Positions 53,921 to 64,000 of a stretch of 64,000 nt of DNA are shown here, in pieces; positions within the stretch are counted from its first letter, which is position 1; every line of letters starts with the position of its first letter. Below the pieces are notes generated by a model, which was not told where the DNA came from, searched no databases, and saw only the letters and a program-made list of their open reading frames with translations. The translations under genes were made by a program, and so were the position numbers. Source of the stretch: the human T2T-CHM13v2.0 reference genome, Homo sapiens; assembly GCF_009914755.1 (NCBI RefSeq), contig NC_060934.1, one strand, 5' to 3'.

Positions 53921-56629
53921 TCCTTTCTCTTGTGGATAAAGGATTTGCAACTTAATAATAAATAAAAGCAGTCCTGAGGGTCTTCTTGATGAAAGGATTT
54001 TTAAAACAAACCTTGTTTTGTTAGGCCTCAAAGGAAACTTAAAAGAGTTTGAGCATTGCAGTTCTTCTCCGTAGAAGATTGGAAGTACAAACTCTTCCTT
54101 ATTTGAAAAAGCAGAGTTGATTACTGTATTTAGAAAGAACTCCCTGACCTTCTCTGTGGATATTCTTTATAGATACAGTCTTAAACTCAAGCTTAGAAAT
54201 TTGTTTTCATTTATGTGTACAGTCCCATGGAAGGTGGAATTGCGAGTCAGACTATATTACTAGCATCAGGGCATCATGTTATTTTCCCAGAACTTTGCTG
54301 GAAATTTTCCAAGACGGTAACGAGAAAACTATTTACAACAAGGCCCTTTTGACTCTGATTTCTCTACTCTAAATTACAAGAGGTCCAGGGACAATCCTTC
54401 CCAAGGCACAGTCCAGGAACAGATCGAGAAGGCGATGTCCTTGCTATATTTCATTTCAGTTACTGATACTCCCCTGGTTTGTCTGCCTTCTTGGACAGAT
54501 GTTTCTCTGGGCAAAGCAGCCCTGGCTGATGAAATGATTTCTAAGTCTCTTCCATCAGCAGGATCAGGGGACAGGAGACTGGTTACTCTTCAGCCCTTCA
54601 GATGAGTAAAACTGTTGAAAGTCAGGGTTACTGTGAAGCAGAACTTACAAATGCCTTCAGTCTACTAAGTTGCACTGTGGATAAAGACCTCATTGCATTT
54701 TGCCTTATAAAGTAACTAGGGGTTACCTCAAAATAAAAAGGACAAAAGAGAACATTTAGGAAAAATAAATTTCATGCCAGTTTATTTTTCCCCATCAGAA
54801 ACAGGCTAATTTCTGGCACATGGTACCCTATGTTCATGCTTGGTGTGATTTCAATGTAGTAAGTTTTAGACTCTGGTGCTGACAGGTAAACAACCATTTT
54901 CCAACTTTACCTGTAGATGGAAAAATATAAGTGGCTTCAAAATAATGAATGATTAAATATTGCTTGTAATATGCTAGCAGATACATAATGCCTACATTGA
55001 GTTTTTCAAAAATAATTTTATAGGTATACATTTTAAAAAGAACTATAGGTCAATTCATAGATACATATATTTTTTCATACATCGATATATTAAAAAGATT
55101 ACTTTTTTCATAGATAGATGTTTTCCAAAGAATTATGGGTTAAATAAAAGCATCTTTTTTACATCCTCGTTGGGAGAAAATTATGCAGAAAAATCCTTCA
55201 GCAGCATAAACTTTTACCTCTGCAGACCACTTCCTTTCTTTCAGGAACAATACATTTGAGTGAACCAGAGTGTCTCTGCCATTTACATGCAGAGTGTCCC
55301 TTCCAACAGGAGCAATTGGATGTTATACCTGAAACCATGTTCAAACAGGAATGATGTTAAGGGCACAGAATGTAAAGATGACTTTGTTTTGTTGTTTTCA
55401 AGGTAGATTCTCAAAGACCTATGGCTCACAGGCCCCAGCCTTTTTGCAGCAAATTAAAAACAAAACTTAAAAACAAAACCAAAAACCCATCTTTTCTATA
55501 CTAGATCAGGCCCTAACGGTTATTTTATTTAGACAAAAAGCTTGATTCAGAACCAACTTCTCTCCTCCTCCCTCTCACTGTCTCCCTCTCAGTCTGCTTT
55601 AAAGGTTTTTGTTTTTGTTGCTTTTTCAACCAATTCCCTTTGCACTTGTGAAGGATAATGAATTGGTGCTCTTAGAGGAACTTGAACTTCTCCGATAAAA
55701 GATGTTTAAAGTCGTTAACATTGACATGATTATCTTCAGAGTTTGGCCCTATTAACTTGATTATTGAACCACTGTTTATTGTCATTGTCACAGTGCTTAA
55801 CTGCGAAAGGTCAGATCAGAACGAAAGAACCCAAGATAGAATGACTGATCTTTAAATAAAATAGCTGCCGTCATATGCTCCCATTTCAAGATGGAAGACA
55901 CAAAATGCTTCTGACTTCAACACCAGGAAAACACCAAGTTATGTTGAGAATCTGCAAATGTGAGCGGGTATCAGTGTCCTTAAAAATGCCCATGCTTTTT
56001 GAGCCAGAAATTCTACTTTTAATTCCAACTCTGCCAAGGAAGCAGTAAAACACATAAAGAATTGTGTTCAAAGCTGGTCATTTTAGCTTTGAATAGCAAA
56101 CAATTGACAACAATCTGAATGTCCAACTATCGGGGATTACTTAGGTTAATTATATTATCATATGTAATGCTACAACTCAAAATCATACCTTCAAATAATA
56201 TATCCTAAATATAGGGGAAATTCATGCCTTATTATGTAAACTGCATTTCAAAAAATTACAAGGACTGAACCCGATTTCATGACAAATGAAGTATTTGTGT
56301 TTGTGTAACAACAAAATCTGAGGGCTTTACCAGCGCTTACCACTCGGTGGACGGGGGTATTCTTTTTATTCATTCTAAACATTTTGCTGGAGTTCCTAAA
56401 TTTTCTGCCACCATCACCTATTTCTATGATAACTAAAAAAATAAAAAACCAAAAACCAACCCAAAAGCCAGCAAATGCTATTTTTAAAAGCCAGAAAGGA
56501 TGCAAGCCCTTGTGCTGAGGTAGTTATCTGAAGCACAGATCCACAGTCCATACACAGGCAAGCAGAACTGCAAACCTGTCTCATGGCTCCGCTATTCCAG
56601 GACCTGTATAGAGTTGTCAAAAGGTAGTC

Positions 56630-57790
56630 CCATAACACGCTTTTACAGCTCCGCATCCTTTATTAATGCCACATGTACTCCTGTAAGGTTATTAAGTGAT
56701 ATACAATAATTGTCTGTATTCCAAAGTGGACATTTATTTCACTCCAGTCCTGCGGCTCTATTTCAGTACCATTTCTCACAACTGCATTTTAGGAATCATC
56801 TCAGTGGGCTGTTTCTCTCGTCCCTCTCTTTTAATGCAAGCCGACCTAATGGCCCCGGTAAGAAATTAAATATAATTACCTAAGGAATCGCACAGGGCAA
56901 AATGAGATCGCACCGTCTTCCGAAGTGGAACAAGGCGTGGAGGCCCCTCATCCCCGGTCCTCCCCAGAGTTAATTTGCCTGTATTTCCTCCCTCGTTGAG
57001 TGCGCTCACAGGCAGCCTCACAATGACCTGTTTAGTTGGCAGTGGAAAATTATGTCATTTGCAAGCAAGCTTTCAGCTGTGATATTTTATAATTGTTAAG
57101 ATGAAAACCCGATAATCCTCTCCCCCTTCACATAAACTGCAATCCATCTTTAAACCTGTGATAATTCCTAAAACCTGCTGCTTAATAAACTAACAAACCC
57201 CAGGCCTATGTGATTTTGCGGGGAGTCAATCTTTGATCAGCCAAGCTGAAATAGGTCTGATAAGGGGACGCCCTTCCACTCTAGAGTCGCCACTTGAGTA
57301 GGTTATTGCTGTTTCCTGCCATCCTCAAGTGCCAAATAAGCAGAAGTCTTCCGAGCTTCTTATCTCTTTCACTTTCTTCTCGAGATCTCTGTCGCTTTAA
57401 TCCGGCGTGTCTGCTGCTGGTTAACAAGGAAATCCTATGTCAATTATCGCCAACAACTTCCTGCTGCGAAGCAGCGGGGAATCAAAGCGTTTGAGAGCCT
57501 TTTCACACCCGAGAGTGGTGCAGGGCCTAATTAAATGGCCCTCATATCCTGCAGCCTGGTGGAGGCCGCATGATAGATAGCTAATGAAAGATAGCCTAAT
57601 TTTTCGCAGAACTGTTTGGAGGCTGGTGGGCTGTCCGCTGGGCTGCAGGTGTGTCCCGAAGTGGGGCTGCGTGGGTGTTTTTTTTTTCCACTTCCGCTAA
57701 ATGTAGTGGGCCTGTGATCCGCATTGGACAACAGGGAGCCCGCCTTCGGTAAGGTGCATCTGATTAGAGCTGCTCTGGGAATCAGAGGCC
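56630..57790. promoter_or_regulatory. Candidate enhancer / conserved non-coding element
   Basis: About 1.1 kb with no repeat I recognise, locally many retained CpGs, TCF/LEF sites (CTTTGAT 57231, ATCAAAG 57481), many TAAT/TAATCC and GATA words; function inferred. Confidence 0.45.
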
Positions 57791-58109
57791 CAGATGGAGT
57801 GGGAGAAGGACGGGACATCCAAGGAGACACTGAAAGACATGAAGTTCAGGCCTCAAAGGAGACCACTGCTCCGTGAGATTATTCACCTACCTCCAACACA
57901 AGACATTCCCTTTCCCGTCCAGGACTTCTCAGCAAATATGATGCTGTTTTAAAAAACTGATTTTATAAGATCACTGCAAATCATTCTCTTCAACTGACTT
58001 ATTCCTGCTGAAGATACACATAATCTATAGACAAACTAAATGAAAAATAGACATTTTTGTTGTTGTTGCAAGAAATGCATTTTCTCTAGCAATTTCTCTC
58101 TATCTAAAG

Positions 58110-58296
58110 CAGTGGTTCTCACCATGTGGTCCTGAATAAGCAACATCAGCTTTACCTGGGAGCTGGTTAGAAATGCACATTTCTCGGGCCCCACCCCAGC
58201 CCCAGTGAATCAAACACTCAAGGGGTAAGACAGTCATCTAGGGTTTAACAAGCCTTCCAGGTGATTCTGAGACATGCTAACATTTGAGAATCACGT
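58110..58296. mobile_element. MER5A
   Basis: CAGTGGTTCTCA...ACCTGGGAGCTGGTTAGAAATGCA...TTTAACAAGCCTTCCAGGTGATTCTGA...TTTGAGAATCAC. Confidence 0.88.
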
Positions 58297-58590
58297 GTGT
58301 CCAAGAAACTCCTCTGTAGATGGCCAGTGTAGGTTAATCATGAATATCACCATTTGTTTCAAAAATCTAGCATGTTACATAATGGGACACCCTGTGTTAT
58401 TTAACCTAACTCCATGTCTTTCTACATTTTATCACATGCTTGTGTCCAAGGCTGGAATCATTTCCTGAGTTCTGACTCATGATGTAGTACCTTGCTGAGT
58501 GAAGCGACTTTTGTTTTAATTTGAGGAGGTGGGAGTTGGGATAGAGAAGGGAGGCGGTGGAGACTGTATCCACAGAAATATTTGAATCTA

Positions 58591-58842
<252 letters not shown>

Positions 58843-59134
58843 TAGGGTATTAAATAGGGTTTGTTGCTCTTTATTTTGTAATGAATAACATTCAACACCT
58901 CCCCCCCCCCCCCACATTTCATAAAAGAAGGAACATTTTTAAACATGCAAAAGAAAACAGTAAGGATATAATTTCAATAGAAAAGTCAATCCTTTAAGTG
59001 GAATCAGTTTATGTTTATAAAAAACATACTGTCCTTCATTTACCCTTTTCGTTGAAGATTCAGTTGCCAACTGTCATCTAGAAATGGCTAGTGCAGCTTT
59101 TGATTGAGGAGAGAGGGTGCACGGAATGAGAAAT

Positions 59135-59261
59135 CAGTGGTTCTTAACCTAGGCTGCACCTTAAAATCACCTGGGGAGCTTTAAATACTACCCAAACCTG
59201 GGCATCCTCCCTAGGGATTTTGATTTAATTGGTCTAGTTTGGGGCACAAACATCAGACTGT
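59135..59261. mobile_element. MER5A1-like, truncated by the L1 insertion
   Basis: CAGTGGTTCTTAACC...AATCACCTGGGGAGCTTT...GATTTAATTGGTCT; second TIR absent, L1 tail follows. Confidence 0.8.
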
Positions 59262-59267
59262 TTGTTT

Positions 59268-59298
<31 letters not shown>

Positions 59299-59516
59299 TT
59301 ATTTTATTTTTAATTATACTTTAAGTTTTAGGGTACATGTGCACATTGTGCAGGTTAGTTACATATGTATACATGTGCCATGCTGGTGCGCTGCACCCAC
59401 TAACGTGTCATCTAGCATTAGGTATATCTCCCAATGCTATCCCTCCTCCCTCCCCCTCCCCACCACAGTCCCCAGAGTGTGATATTCCCCTTCCTGTGTC
59501 CATGTGATCTCATTGT

Positions 59517-63368
<3,852 letters not shown>

Positions 63369-63404
63369 TTAGTTGATGCAGTTTCTTCCTAGTCTCGATG
63401 GTCT

Positions 63405-64000
63405 TTACATTTTGGCATGATTTTGCAGCGGCTGGTACCGGTTGTTCCTTTCCATGTTTAGCGCTTCCTTCAGGAGCTCTTTTAGGGCAGGCCTGGTGGT
63501 GACAAAATCTCTCAGCATTTGCTTGTCTGTAAAGTATTTTATTTCTCCTTCACTTATGAAGCTTAGTTTGGCTGGATATGAAATTCTGGGTTGAAAATTC
63601 TTTTCTTTAAGAATGTTGAATATTGGCCCCCACTCTCTTCTGGCTTGTAGGGTTTCTGCCGAGAGATCCGCTGTTAGTCTGATGGGCTTCCCTTTGAGGG
63701 TAACCCGACCTTTCTCTCTGGCTTCCCTTAACATTTTTTCCTTCATTTCAACTTTGGTGAATCTGACAATTATGTGTCTTGGAGTTGCTCTTCTCGAGGA
63801 GTATCTTTGTGGCGTTCTCTGTATTTCCTGAATCTGAACGTTGGCCTGCCTTGCTAGATTGGGGAAGTTCTCCTGGATAATATCCTGCAGACTGTTTTCC
63901 AACTTGATTCCATTCTCCGCATCACTTTCAGGTACACCAATCAGACGTAGATTTGGTCTTTTCACATAGTCCCATATTTCTTGGAGGCTTTGCTCATTTC
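63405..64000 (-). CDS. L1 ORF1p, C-terminal part (RRM and CTD), 5' end outside window
   Basis: KRPNLRLIGVPE, REKG, ARREW, YPAKLS motifs; frame open to the window edge. Confidence 0.9.
   Translation of the reverse strand, partial: NEQSLQEIWDYVKRPNLRLIGVPESDAENGIKLENSLQDIIQENFPNLARQANVQIQEIQRTPQRYSSRRATPRHIIVRFTKVEMKEKMLREAREKGRVTLKGKPIRLTADLSAETLQARREWGPIFNILKEKNFQPRISYPAKLSFISEGEIKYFTDKQMLRDFVTTRPALKELLKEALNMERNNRYQPLQNHAKM

Overview
Primate, most likely great-ape/human, non-coding genomic DNA (intergenic or deep intronic). I recognise no host protein-coding exon, RNA gene or CRISPR array. The only real coding sequence belongs to LINE-1: a young, ORF2-disabled L1 on the minus strand (59262 to beyond the window end) and a 1 kb 5'-truncated L1PA3-like copy (37327-38320). 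Much of the rest is interspersed repeat: about 12 Alus, MaLR/ERV1 solo LTRs (THE1B, MSTB, MLT1, MER57), hAT DNA transposons (MER1A, MER5, MER20), old L1M, L2 and many MIRs. Several blocks with no repeat I recognise are rich in homeodomain/TCF/AP-1 motifs and resemble developmental enhancers (inference only). The most unusual unexplained structures are: (1) a ~207 bp apparently non-repeat segment duplicated 2.6 kb apart at ~97% identity (41030-41238 and 43669-43873); (2) a 28 bp inverted repeat bracketing an (AT)n microsatellite (26408-26587); (3) an L1 carrying the ACG/A 3'UTR diagnostics intermediate between L1PA2 and L1HS-Ta; (4) an Alu with an internal fold-back inversion. I found no support for a new multi-gene system. 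Repeat subfamily names are from memory of consensus sequences, and boundaries of old repeats are approximate.
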